A stretch of DNA of 59,370 bases from a virus (Duplodnaviria; Caudoviricetes), in the IMG/VR virus record IMGVR_UViG_3300025872_000062, positions 1 through 59,370 of that record; one strand, 5' to 3'. This document shows, piece by piece, positions 9,640 through 23,400 of the stretch. The translations under genes were made by a program, and so were the position numbers. The notes below the pieces were generated by a model. That model saw nothing but the letters and a program-made list of their open reading frames with translations, had not been told where the DNA came from and did no database searches. The stretch's first letter is position 1, and every line of letters begins with the position of its first letter.

Positions 9640-11459
9640 TGGCTTCTGTTGCTGGCTTGCTAAGTGGATTGGCACAAGGATTTACGACTGCGCGTCAACA
9701 GCGCCAACAGGATGAACGCGAACGTCTTGCCGAATTGCGAGCAGAACAATCGCAAGCAAACGCTGTATTCAATCAAGCACAAGAAGCAGCGGCAGCTGCA
9801 CGGCGTTTTGATCTTGATGCATTGACTCGCCTACAATCAGCTGGTCTTAATCCGACTATGCGTAGGGCCATTACGGAACAGGCCAGGGCAAATGCGGCGG
9901 CAACCAGATCAATGATTAGCGGCCTTGCCAAGCAGCCTGGTGTGAAATCTCAATATGGCGATTTTGCCGCTGGGCTAATGGCGCCATCAATGTTTGAACA
10001 GCCTGATTTTGACATCAAGCCGTTCATGCCGGAAGAAGGCTTGCGCGGTATTGCTGAAAAAGCAAAGGCAGAAGCCAGGCTTGCCGCTCCTAATGCCAAG
10101 TCAAATGTCATTGAGCGCGCACGGCAAGACATGCTTCAATATGCACCGCAGGAATATGTTGATGCTGTACTTCCGCGCGTAGGAGCAAATGTAGGTTTCG
10201 ATCAGCCGACCGTTGCAACTCCACTGCAGAACCCTCAGAAGGTTCAAGATTTTGCAAAGTTGATGCCTGACTGGGTTCCTGGAGTTGGCGGAACTCGCGT
10301 TCTTCCTTCTGGTGCAAAACAGCGTGTCTATTTTAAAGATGGAAAACCTGTAGTCGATTATCAAAAAGGTTTTACTGCCGACTATGTAGCCCCAGAAGCA
10401 ACGATCATCAAGAACAAGACGATGGCCGAACAGCTTCGCCAGCTTGTTGGCATGTACGATTACAAACGGCAGAAGGCTGAATCCGATATTGCTTGGCGGA
10501 ATTTGCAAAGCGACTTCCTAAAAGAAAAAATCAAAGCCTTTCCTGCTGAATCGCAAGCTAATATTCGTGCGAAGCTTGGCAAACTTAGCAATGCTGCTTC
10601 GGATACAAATGCCAAACTACGATTGCTTTCTATTCTTTTGAGTGCACAACAACGGCAACAGCAACTGGGTATCAACGAACGTGCGCTTGGCCTTGATGTT
10701 GCCGGAAAGATAATGGGGCTTCAGAAAGAACTTCGCGGCGACTTGATGTCCCTTGAGCGACAGAAGATGGAATTTGCCGCTGCTGCTGGTATTGGCCGAG
10801 ATAAAGGTTTGAGGGGTTCATTCAGCGCAAATAAACAAAATGTTGATGCTATTCAAGCACGCATTGATGAACTTAAAGCTAATGGAACTGCTTTGCTTCA
10901 GGGAAATCTTACTGCTGCTGGATCTATTCTTGGCGGATATGGAGATACTTCGGCTATTGATGCCTCTGCCCTTCTTGCACAGCAAACATCTCGCCCAGAT
11001 GCAATGACTCAAATGCTTATGGCATCATTGATGCGTGGGCAAGCTCCTGCTACATCTGGGCCGCAAATGCCAGTCGTTGTGAATGCCGGCCAACCTGGTA
11101 TGGATCCGAATGCAATGATGGCATTGATTGCTGCTATGGGAGGTCGCGGAATGGTTCCTGGAGCAGCAGGTGGTGGTGCTCCAGGTGCTTCTCCTACTGC
11201 CGATCCAGGAACTTTCCCGCCTGGAACTATTAGTGCAGGACTTAATCCTGCACAACAAGCTGCACGATTGCAAGTATTGCAACGCACATTCCCGAGATAT
11301 GCGGCTACTCCTGCTGGTCGATCTGCATTGGAAGCATTGAAGTATTCTGCCAATATTCCTCCTGCAATTAGGCAATATATTGAACAGCAGGAATCTGGTG
11401 GACGGACTCCACCTAGAACTACATCGCCTGGAACAAGCCCTATTCCTGGTCGACGCTAA
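9639..11459 (+). CDS. Putative internal virion / DNA ejection protein 2 (606 aa)
   Basis: MASVAGLLSGLAQGF followed by a coiled-coil N-terminus; TAATG overlap supports a start at 9639. Confidence 0.55.
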   Translation: MASVAGLLSGLAQGFTTARQQRQQDERERLAELRAEQSQANAVFNQAQEAAAAARRFDLDALTRLQSAGLNPTMRRAITEQARANAAATRSMISGLAKQPGVKSQYGDFAAGLMAPSMFEQPDFDIKPFMPEEGLRGIAEKAKAEARLAAPNAKSNVIERARQDMLQYAPQEYVDAVLPRVGANVGFDQPTVATPLQNPQKVQDFAKLMPDWVPGVGGTRVLPSGAKQRVYFKDGKPVVDYQKGFTADYVAPEATIIKNKTMAEQLRQLVGMYDYKRQKAESDIAWRNLQSDFLKEKIKAFPAESQANIRAKLGKLSNAASDTNAKLRLLSILLSAQQRQQQLGINERALGLDVAGKIMGLQKELRGDLMSLERQKMEFAAAAGIGRDKGLRGSFSANKQNVDAIQARIDELKANGTALLQGNLTAAGSILGGYGDTSAIDASALLAQQTSRPDAMTQMLMASLMRGQAPATSGPQMPVVVNAGQPGMDPNAMMALIAAMGGRGMVPGAAGGGAPGASPTADPGTFPPGTISAGLNPAQQAARLQVLQRTFPRYAATPAGRSALEALKYSANIPPAIRQYIEQQESGGRTPPRTTSPGTSPIPGRR

Positions 11460-11481
11460 ATCTGTGTAATAATAGAAAAAT

Positions 11482-14400
11482 ATGCGACGAAGTAATCCTT
11501 CTACAAATTCGTTTGCTGATTACTTGCAACTTCTGCAAGACGATAATTTGCTGCTTACCAAACCAGGGCAGCAATTATTCTTCAACGTTCTATCAGAAGG
11601 TCGCAAAACTAATAAGATCTCTCAGGATCAGTACGATGCATTGGTTCAAGCTCAGAATCAACGCGTAAATCAGATCCTGAATACTCCACTTATTAATCCG
11701 GCTACTGGGCAACCTGCATATAAAGTTACGCAGCCAAGGCAAACGCAATATAGCAAAGCCACTGGTCAGCCTATGGAACCAACGTTGGTTCCTCAGACTG
11801 GTCGCGATTTGTTTTTTGGCGGAAGTCTTCGTGCTGAATATCCGTCAACTGCAATCATTGGTGCACGTCAGGAAGCTATTCGTCAACTTGGCGTAGAGCA
11901 GCAAAAAGAAGAGGATCGTATCAAGGGAATCCTCAATATCCTCCAGCCTGGCGCTACTGATATTGGTGGACGATTCCGTCTTGCTGCTGAACGCGCCAAG
12001 GGTGCCGTTAAAGGATTTCAAGCATCTGCTGGTATTCAGGGAGTTGCTCCGAAACAAACGCCTGAAGAGTTGGCAGCTCTATTCAACATGCCAGACCTTG
12101 CAGAAGTGCAACCTGAAGATGCTGGCAAATTGCTTCAGCAGGAAGGTGCTGCTTTTGGAGCATCGGTCCAACAAGCAATTGCCCCCACTGTTGGTGGCGG
12201 CATACTTGGTCGTGGTGCCGGTCCTATTTCGTCTGTATTCAATCTTGGAACGAAACGATGGGGACCAGCTGCAACTGCTGGAATCTCTGCTGCATTGTCA
12301 TTTATTGGCGCGTCTGGAACTAATGCGTTGATGGAGCGGCGTATGCGTTCAGTCTATGGTGACGACGTATACGAAAATCAAATCAAGCCAATACTTGGAA
12401 CATCCATGCTTGAAAACCCAGAAGCATATTTTGCTGGGCAGATAGCTACCATTCCATTGCAAGGTGGTTTGAATCTATCTTCTGGTATTGGAACACGGGC
12501 TGGATTTGGTACGCTGTTCAATGCAATTCGGAATCGACCTTCTACCATTATTGGAAGGGCATCAGATCTTGGCGCTAGTGCAAAGAAGCTATCCGATGCA
12601 GCAAATGCTGGTCAAATTTTGCAGAACACGCTAAATGCGCCGAATAAGTTTTCTGAATTTCAGACTGCATTTCTGCAAAAGATTGGGCAAGCATCCAAGG
12701 AATCTATTGATAGTTATGTTCAGTTCAAGCCTACTGGTGGACTTGGCGAACGCATTGGTCAATATTCAGCTCTTAGCCGCACAATGCCTGGCTTCGCTGA
12801 ATTCACTTCAGATATTGTTGGTGAACAAGCATCCAATCTTGGATTGGCTGCTTATGACTATATGGTGGAGTGGCGTAAATTCCAAAACGGAGAAACCGCT
12901 GAAGCACCATCAATCAAAGATGCTCTAGTAAATCTCGCACTTGGATCTTTGTTCATCAAGGATACGAAGTTCCAGAACATGATCTCCAATGTTGGAGGCG
13001 CAATCGGCGGTGCTGGACTAGCAGTAGGCAAGAAGATTCCTGGAGTATCTGCTGGAATTAATGCTCTTGAAAAGCGTTACTACCAAGGCAATGTTGGATT
13101 TGTAAATTCTCTTCTTGAACAACAATTTGAAGACATCAGCAAAGGAGTTATTCCTGCACCTGCCGGTGGCGTACGTTTCAAATCTGGTGGCGTAGCTCCT
13201 GGCGCTGGAGTTGAAGCTCGTGGATTGATTGGCGCGGAAGTTCCTATTTCTGTTGGTGGTGGAAAGATTGCAATCTACAATCCTGAAACCAAAGAAGTTC
13301 GCTATTCTAATTACAGCGACGTCTACAAAACATTTACTGAACCGACTAGCGCAGAAGCAAATCAACAAATTGCAGGTGCCATCTCTTCACTTCCAGTAGA
13401 ACGTATTGGCAAGGGAATTACAGGAAGGCTATCCGCATTTGGCGGAAGGGACGTTGTCAAGGGCGAAGGAGATAGCCGACAACAACTTGTTGGAGTTATC
13501 GGCAATCATGTCGTAGTACGAGAAAATCCTATTGGCGATGATGGAATTCGTTTGTCGCAACCGGAATACAGCGTTCTGCGCGTATCGGATCTTGAAGAAA
13601 ACAATCGATCCATTGCAGAACAAATGTTTGGTGAACTTGGCATAACTGCCTCGGACACTCCGTATAACTATAATCCCTCTAATCCGCGAACTGGTGCTCC
13701 GTCTCTTCAGGATATTAAAGTTGCACAAGACGATATCTTTAGGATTTTCAAGCCAAAAGGCAGCACAAAAGAAGCTTACAAAGCTATCAATGAATACTTT
13801 AAAAGCTATGTGTGGATTGATAGCAATACGCAACTGCGTGGTCGAGTAGTTGGACGCGCTGCAAATAATGACGCTATTGTCCAGCTGCTTGGATATGACA
13901 CTGCAATCATTCGTGTCAATCCCGTAAACCTTGAAAAAGGCGGAAAGCTAAGTGCGACTGCTCCTGGTGATGTTGTAAACCTTTCCAACATTATCTCGGA
14001 AGCAAATCTCTCCGAGGCGCAACGGCAATATCTTCAGGAGTATGACGATATTGCAGATACTCCGAATGCAGTTTTTGCAAGTAAGAATATAGACTCTCAG
14101 AATTTTGCTATTGCACTTACGCCTCAACAAGCCTCTGCGGCAAGGGCATTTTTTCCTGCACTGCAACAAGCGCAGTCCCGTATTGATCAAGCTCAAGATC
14201 CAGTCAAAATTGAACAAGACATCAAACAACTCAAGTCTAAATTCCGAAACAAGATTCTTGGCGTGTTGGCAAAAGCGGATTCCGAATTTGAACTGGGAAC
14301 TGTTATTGTCGCCGATACTGCGCGTGGGCGAGAAAATGGAATCGTTATTGACAATACCGATTTCGGTCCTGTTGTCGCATTTGAATCAACTGGATGGCGT

Positions 14401-17400
14401 GGAGTAATTGTTCAGCCTGGATCGATTGTGTCTGGGCAAAAAGTATCTCCATCTCTTCTTGACCAACAAGAACAACCATCTACCAAACCAAGCAAGCGCA
14501 AAGAGCCTAAGCAAAAGAAGCTGCCTAAGGTTCAAGAAGAACAGACTGTTTCTCAAGAACCTAAACTTGAGGAAGAAAAACCTGTTGTTAAAAAACGCAA
14601 GCAGGGAAAACAAGAACCTGTAATTGAAACTACGGAAGAAGAGACCAAGCCGACTGCTGTTTCAATTGGCGATTACAACGATATCGCAAGTAAGTTTGGA
14701 AATCATGTAACGACTCAAATGTCCGATGACCAACGCCGTGTTGCGTTGAGTCTTTCAGATTTTATTGAGGTTGTAGTCCGTGATCCAAACTCGCCTGATG
14801 AAGAAGCCGCAACGGTTGAGCGTATTCCTGTTTTCTATCAAGGGAAAAACCTCTATCATTCGGCTGTTCGCAAGATTGCGAATAGTCAATACAGTCGCCT
14901 TACCGATAGAGAGAAGGCATTGCTTGCTGCTCTTGGCGTTCCAGATTATAGGAATAAGGCCAATAAACTTTGGTGGAATGGACAATACCAACTTGTTCAA
15001 TTCCTTACCGATCCTCAACTTAAGAATATTGTAAACAAGCTTTTCGATGAGATGTCCGATCCTGGAAATTTGGATTTGGATATGCCCACCGTGCTTGTTG
15101 ATATCAATGAGCCACCAGCAACGGAAGCACCTTCTGTAATCCCGGCACCTCAAGAGAAACCTATTGAGGTTGAATCTCTTGCCCCTATTGTCGAAGAGCC
15201 TGTTGCGGTTCAGCCAGAACCGCTTCTTGATGAAGAAGAAGCGGCTATTGAACAGGACATTACTGCGCCTCCTGTTATTGATGAGACTGTAATTCCTCTC
15301 CCGCAGGAAGAAGAGCCTATTGTTCCGCAGATAGAAGCGCCTACGATTCTAGCATTGCCTACAAAGCCAGAGGTGGCAATCGAGGTAAAGCCTGAAGATA
15401 TACCTGCTCAACCTGATCCGATTATCGTTCCTGAAAATGCTCGGATAGATGAAGATCCGATCATTGATATTTCCGTATTGGAAAATCAGCGACTCGGAAC
15501 GATGCTTGTCAAAGACATCAATGTCGATGCAGGTCGATTCCAGTTCCGTGCACTATCTGGAACAGAGGGTGTTTCTGGAAGTACGGCTGATGCCCAGGCA
15601 TGGAATCGCGATCTTGCTGGTGTAGTTGCTGTATGGCGTGACCCAGCAAATAACAAAGTCTATATTGTCAATGGGCACAATCGGTTTGCCCTTGCCAAAC
15701 GATTTGGCGTCAAGGAACTCGATGTTGTGTTCCTTGATTCTGCGTCAGCGGAAGAGGCACTGTTCACAGGTGCCCTGATCAATATTGCTGGTGGGAATGC
15801 TACTCCCGTAGATGCTGCAAAAATATTCCGCATGCAGCCGCGCTCGAAAGAAACGCTGCGCCAGCTAGGTGTTTCCATGAATAGCAACCTTGTTCAGCAA
15901 GGCTTGTCTATCTCTCGTCTTCCGTATCAGGTATTTCAAGCTGCTATCAATGATTCGTTCGATAGTCCAAAGATGGCACTATACGCAGCCATTGCAGAAA
16001 ACCCAGATATGGACGAGCGTCGCATGGCGCTCCTCTGGGAAAAAGTGCGGACAAAAGAAGATGGAGTTCCGTCGACATTCAAATCTTCTGTCACTATTGA
16101 TGGTATTCGTGAACGAGTTCTTGATCTTATTGGTTCGGAGTTGGAGTTTGAAGAAGGTGCTCTTCCAGGTATGGAAGAGTTTGCCGCCTTTCGTTCTGCA
16201 TCCGATGAGTCAGTAGAACTGCGTGGAGCAATTCGTCGATATCTCACGCAAGAAAAGCAACTGCTGCAACGCCTTATTAAAGATCAAAACAAAGACATAC
16301 TCGATAGGGCTGGCAACAAACTAAATAACGATCAGAACCGCGCCATTGCTGAATCTAATGCGGATATTCTAAATGTCTGGTCTCAAATTGTAAGGCTTGA
16401 TAAGCAGTTCCGAGACTACATTGAAAGTCTTGCCAGCAATCTTCCTAAGGGTCAAATTAGCAAACAAGGGCTGGATGAGTTCGTTCGATCAAATAGTGAA
16501 TCAATCCGAAATCAGGTTCTCACTGCAAGAGAGCGTTTGCTCAATAGGGCTTCTGGAAATGTTGAAATTCCTACTACTCAAGAAGAACCCATTGCGCCTA
16601 CGGAAACAGTAGAAGATATATCGCTATTTGAACAGCCAGAAGAACCTGTTGCCGTTGAAGATGTTGTCGCTGAAGAACCTGTGCGTGAACGAATTGAAAA
16701 CACGCCGGTCATTCCAATATCGTTTGAAAAAGATGGAATAGAAGCGCTTCAATCTTCTAAAGATGGAATAGAAGCTCTTCAATCTGCTCTTGATAATTTG
16801 AACGAGCTTAAGACTCAATACCCATATGGGCTATATAAAGTTGATGAAGATGACACTTCGTATATGCGAAGTGATCTTGCTTGGTTTGATAGCAAATTTC
16901 TCGCAGATGATAGAGAGACCATTGAAAACGAAGGCACTTCTGTATATCTAGAATTTGTAGATACATACAATGAATTCCTAGCTGAAGATAGTGATATTGC
17001 ATCAGAGTATGAAATAGCTGGTGCTGCACTTGCTACTGTTATTCGGAAAACTTTTATCAATGGGTTTCCTGGCGAGGAGCCATTGAATATTGCAGTTCCT
17101 GAATACAACCAACTTGATCCATCTTTTTACAAAGATGATGAATCGTACATGCCGCTTGTTTGGCAACAAAAAGCATTTGCCAAGCGCAAAAATATAAAAA
17201 AGAAATATGAGTCTTTTATCAGAGACTGGGAAATAGAACTTGCAAATAGACTAGCGGATAGGTATTTGCCTGTCTTTGCAGATTCACTTGACATTGATAT
17301 CAGGACTGAACGACCTGCAGCACAAAAGCCAACTGAAATTGCACCAGAAGAGCAAATCTCTGAACCCAGTGTTGCTGTTGAGAATGCTCCTGAAATAGAA

Positions 17401-20400
17401 TCTATTCCGCCATCCAAGATGGAAGAGATTCGTTCATCTGTAGATGGATTTATTTCAGATATAAGGGAATCGCCAACAAATGTTTATACCAATAAGTATG
17501 GTGACCCTGGGCAACCAAAGACCGTTGTTTATGACATAATTAATTATGTTGACAAAACGTCTGTATTTGAATCGATTAAAAATCATTTTGGAATCAATGG
17601 CAAATTTGCCACAAAGGATGAGGTGATCGATGTCCTAAAGGATATTCTTGTTGGGTATCTACCTCGTACAGATTGGCGATCTGATCTTCAGAATACCTAT
17701 AGTAACCTTGACCCAGATTACTTTAGTGATTTCAACTATTGGAATCAAATTGCTGATCAGCCAGAACTGTCTCGAGTATTTGAAAAAGAACGAAGGCTGG
17801 GTGAGCGCAAACAGTTGTTCGATAAATTCAAAAACGAATTTAATTATCGAACACGCCTAGCCCAAGAAGATATTGCAGTTGAATACCTAAAAGAGTTCCC
17901 TGAGCTTCCAGCAATCATTGGGGTTCAAGATGCAGATCCATACGTTGTTTTTGGAAAAGACAAATCTCGCATATTGTCTGAACTTGGATTCTATAAATCT
18001 ACTGATGAGCAAGTAGCGTATAGCATCCTTGGCAACATGTTCCCCTGGACGCAAATTGATAGTGGCGATTATGAAAAAGAGCTTGCCACTATGTCTCGAT
18101 CAGAGATCATCAATTCCATGGCGGCATCCATACGGAATCAATTGCTGTCGCCAGAAAATGATGTAATCTCATCTATCGAGGCAGAAGCATATCCAGATGC
18201 CATCAAATTGATGGTAGATGATATTGTTTCAGATTATTCCCAACTGTTCTTCGACAATATTCCAGTATTGTCTAGCCGCGATGATTTGCAATCTTCTCCT
18301 ACAGAGGAAGAAGGGCAATTAGGTTTGTTCCAGTTCATTATGAACGGAACGGATCAACCTAAAACAAAGATTCACATCAACAATCCGCGCCTAACTCTTA
18401 CAGAAGACGAGAAACAAAAGCTGCGCGAATCTGGTTTTGTAGTCAATAACCGTATCGATGCAGCTGCTGTTGCTTTGTTTGCAAGTCAAGAGTCTCCAGT
18501 TATTGCTCAAGAGATTACGATAACGGAGATGCCATCTTCTGGCATGCTGGCACAGGCATCTGTTGTTAGTCCTCGTATCGATCTCAAGTTCAATAAACTT
18601 AGCATTGAGGCGTACAGGATTACTGACAAGGCAACCCTGAAGGTCAACATTGCCAGGCTTCTTGCCGTGACGCAAGAAGGTCAGAAGATGTCCGAAGATG
18701 AGTTGAACTCAGCAGCCGAGAACATTGCCAACTATATGGATATGCTCGGTCATTCCGTAGTTTCTCGTCGCCTTAGAGCAATGGCCGATGCCGCAATGCT
18801 CAATGTTTTTGGCAGAAGGTACATGGGCGGAGCGCAGATTTTCCAAACTGATCGCGAAGCCGACTTTATGTCCTATGACGAATTCATGGCTCGAGATCTT
18901 GGACCTTTGTATTTCCAGTTCAAGAAGAAATTTAATGCCATTTATGGAGCTGCTACTGGCAAGGCAACATCCAGGCTGTCTTCAAGTCAGATATTTGAAT
19001 CGACTAATCCTGATATTGTTCGCAGCCGTGCTGCTGCTCTGGCTGAACTGGCAGAAGAAGAAACAGAGAAGTTCCTACGCGATAAATTTCCTGCAATTGG
19101 ACACATATTGAATGTTTCCAAGCCAAAAGACATGCTTGGAACAAAGGGGATGCATACAACTGCTATCGATCCTGATACAGGTCGTGCCGTTCGATTTATT
19201 ACTGCATTCCATAATTCTAATATCGAAACCGTTTTGCATGAGATTGCGCATGGCTGGCTTGAAGGATTGCCATACTATGCTGCCCATGAACTTGCAACGG
19301 CAATGGGTAAGACGCTTCGTATTCCTAGCCCGACCAATACGTCAATCATTCCTTATGAAATGCATGAGGAATTTGCGTATGGCATGATGTTGTCTTTCGC
19401 CAATATGGATCTCGGAACATTTGGCGAAAGCAAGGGTTGGATTGGAACAACTTCTGGAAGGAAGATGAATGAATCCAATCCTATCTATCAGCAGCTTCTA
19501 GGCATTAGTAAATACGCGCGTGAAATGTATCAGAACATGCAGCTCACGCCCAATATTTTCAATAGCGTATATCATTTGCGATTCCGGCCAGAAGGTGAAG
19601 GAGAAGCAGGTACGTTCTCTGGAACATGGCGCGTGTTTTATCAAACAGAGAAAAAAGTAAAATCCAAAATCAGTTCCAACGGGAAGCAGCAATACAGGAC
19701 CATTAAAGTTCCAAACAACAAGCTGTATCTATGGCGCGGCGCTCCTATTGTTTGGACTGATTACTCAACCGGAAAGCCTGTTTCATATGAAGCCGACATT
19801 CTAAATGATGTTGGGCGTACTAGTAATCCTAGTCATTACGTTCAAGTTCGGACTTATTTGACTCAAGACAGGCTTGAATCTGAAAGTAGAATTCAAACTA
19901 TTCAGGCTGGCAGTATCCAATATATTGGAGGAACGATTTCTGGTATTCCTCCTGCTGTTCAGTTCACAATGTCTAAGTGGCTTGCTTTTAATCGCGGCCT
20001 TCTTGGTGTTGAAAGTTCCGTACCAGAACAACGCAAAATTGCTCGCGAGCGCATTGAAGAAGCTGCTCAAGGACGAATCTCCGAAGAAGCTCAAGAGGCA
20101 TTCAAGTCTCGTGGAGTCGGAGAGTTCTATACTAAAAATCAAAAGATCAATGTCATTGCCAGGAACTTTGGTCTTCCATATTTGAAATCGACTGCATTGA
20201 CGGCAATCTCCAAAAACATTTCAGATCAGTCCGTCAACAAGTTGTGGGCAAACAGAACGACATTGATGCGGCAATATGCTGACGATCCCATTGCCACACT
20301 GCAAAAGAATCCAGAGCTTTGGTCTTTGCATCAAGCGGCAATTTCCGAACGCATCAAATATCGATTGAATCAAAATGCCAAAGAGAAACCTGGTTTGCGC

Positions 20401-23400
20401 CAGCAAGCCTTGAAGACTTTGGCGGACCCTAAGCGTTTGCAGCGATTGACGAAATCAATTCTGCGCGCACATCTTGGAAGCATTGCTTCCAAGGCTAGTG
20501 TTTTTCAGGATATGCGTAGGATTTTTAATCCGCCTACGTCTGGATACCCTCCTCAGTTTGAAATAATGACTGATGGATTTGGTGCTCCGACATATTCCAG
20601 GAAGCGAAAAATTCTTGGCATCAACGATCTTCGAGCAAACAAGAAACCATTCTTCGTTAATCTTGACGACGGATCTGTCGTTGGATATCCATACATTCCA
20701 CCTAAATCCAACCTGTGGAAAGAATTGGACGCAGAAGCCGACTCGTTCATTGAAGATATTGAAAATGCAAAATATTCCAGCCGATGGTCTGAGAATAGTT
20801 TGAATTTCAATATCCCATCCATACAGCTGGAATTCAATGGAGAGATGGTTGAGTTTGGCAATACAAACATCCAGCAATTGAATACGCTGATTTATAAGCA
20901 GCTTCAGAATTCAGGGATTACTTTTGATCCGCAAAGCTCTGACATAAGCTACTATGTAAATCATCCTTATTACTATATTGCTGGAACTCTTGTCAGTGCT
21001 AGGCCGCATCAGTTTGCCAGGTTGAAACAAGAACAGTTCTACGACTTCCAACCTAATCTTCAATCTAATTCTGATTCTGATGTGACGAGCCAGGTGGAAC
21101 AGATTGGAAATATCGATGAGGCTATCCCTGCCGATTTGATTGACGAGTCAAACGATTTTGATGGAAGTGAGCCACTTAGGAATGCAATCATTGCCGACTC
21201 TGGCAGGTCTGTTCCAGATTATGGCTATCAGCAATTCACTACCGAGCGTTATGCCAATGAGACTCAACGATCAAATGTTGTGTCGGAGCAAGTCTTTGTC
21301 GAAACAGCGCAGCGTGGCGTAGATGGTGTCTATCAATCTGCCGTTAGATCGCTTGCAAATGGCGAGCCTTCTGAATACAAGCGGAAGATCAACTGGATCA
21401 CAAACTATGCTGCTGACGTGATTAATGGGGCTTTCCATTCAAATGAAGCAGCTATTGATGGATCGTTCTATGGCTCTGCTGTTGTCAATGAATCCAAGGC
21501 TCACTGGGTTGGAAGCATAAAAGTTGGCAACACAAACATGTTGTCTGCCATTGCAAAGGCAGCTCATGTCGGTAGGCAACTTGGTCAACCAAATACGTTC
21601 ATAACTGCAGACGGTTCCAACCTTGAATATGGATTCTCAAACGAAGGACATGCCGTTGTGCCGGCAATGGATATTCGTTTTACATCTCCTGTTGACAGCA
21701 TTGCTGCAAAACAATTTGCCAATCAGTATTCTGATGTTGTTAATGGGTTGGAGATTTCCGATGCTGGGATGTCAATGAAGATATTCATGGTCCCAGATCA
21801 ACAGATTGGAAGGTCTGAATCCAATGCGTGGACAAGCAGTGCAAAGACAGCAGTCTCCGAATTTTTCTCCCCTGGACAAGAAGCGCGAGCAGGTACGACC
21901 GTATCGCAAGTCAATCCAATCCGTCTTAAGCTCTGGAACCTGGGCAGTTCCGAACTTGGAGGAATCGGACGTTTTACCGAATACGAGCGAGTTCTCGATA
22001 TCGTTCAAACCAACGGAATCGACGAAGCCATTCCGTCCAAAGAAGTAGAGCAGCAAATCAGGTCGAAGCGAATGCGAGATGCATTCAATAAAACCTTCTC
22101 GAATGTATTTGGAAAGCAATTCCAAATCTCCGAGAATGTAATGTTTAGGCGATCTAATGCAAGCTTCAATGTCAAATCCATAATTGCTGAACATAGGCAA
22201 GAGCAGCCTGTTGATGGAACGGATGTCGACAAGAATGTTCTGTTCGCCTATCAAAAACTTATCGACCAACTAAAAAAACAACACAAGTCCATTGGCATTA
22301 CATTCGAGTTTTCCAAGCAGCGAACTGAAAATGGAGAACCAATTCGTAATGCATCTGGTGTTTTGCAGTTTGCAGATATGTATGATGGGCGACAAGAAGT
22401 TGCCGCTTATGACATTCGGCAGAATCGCCATTTGTTTATTCATCCAGTGACCGAAGAGTCATTTGGTATTGGCGTGGAAGAAATGCAAAAGCATCCATTG
22501 TGGGCAATGTCCACTATCAAAGATGCAAATGGCGAATCCATGCGCTGGATTGATGTTTTGAATGGCATCCAGCAAGCATTCAATGTTTCGATGCATGATG
22601 CTAATTATCAAGGAGAAGGAGAGAGCCTTGGATATATTGCCCATGCAATGATTACTGAAGATCCCTGGGCGATCTGGGCACTTGCCAATGAAACAATAGT
22701 TACGGATGCATATGTCACAAGCAACATAGATCGCATTGGTCTCAATGGTGAAATCAACTTTGCAACCAATGTAACTGGAGATTTCCAGTTGCATAAACTA
22801 TCTCTTCCCCCGCTGGAAGATATCCTTTGTGGATGCAATGCTGTTGACGATGTCATTCGCGGATTCGCAAAAACCTTGCGGTCTGATTTTGATAACTACT
22901 ATGGAACTAGCCCTATTCTTGATCCTGGTATGACTGGATCTGGTAATGCCATTGAAAGTGCCAATGGGCATATTCTTGGATTCCATTCTCCGAATGCGGA
23001 AAAGGCTATCATTGATCCTAAGTTTGGAACCGTAACTGCAGATTTCGCAGAAGAGGATTTTGGGTTGATCAGGAACATGACGTTTGTCAATGTTCCAAAT
23101 CCAACACCTTCTTCAGTGCGCAATGCAGTAATCAATCCTGCGCCTCCTGCTCCTAATCCAAATAGGACTCAGACTGCACTCAAGGCTGCGCGCAACTCCG
23201 CTTTGTTTACGAATGAGATATTTAAGGCTGGGGCTGCTGGTGACGCATCTCCAATCTTGATGCAGAATTACATTCTGACTGTTGACAACCCTGCTGCCTT
23301 GGCAAAGCAGATTAAATCTTTGAAGCGTGTGTTTATGAATCCAAACCTTGGATTTGAATTCAAGGGAAAGGTTTATAACGCCGATGGAATGTACGGAAAG

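Noticed and set aside
21151-21168. RNA polymerase catalytic motif in the giant protein (NDFDGS versus NADFDGD)
   Set aside because: The third Asp is missing and the motif lies in an acidic low-complexity linker; no other polymerase motifs recognised.
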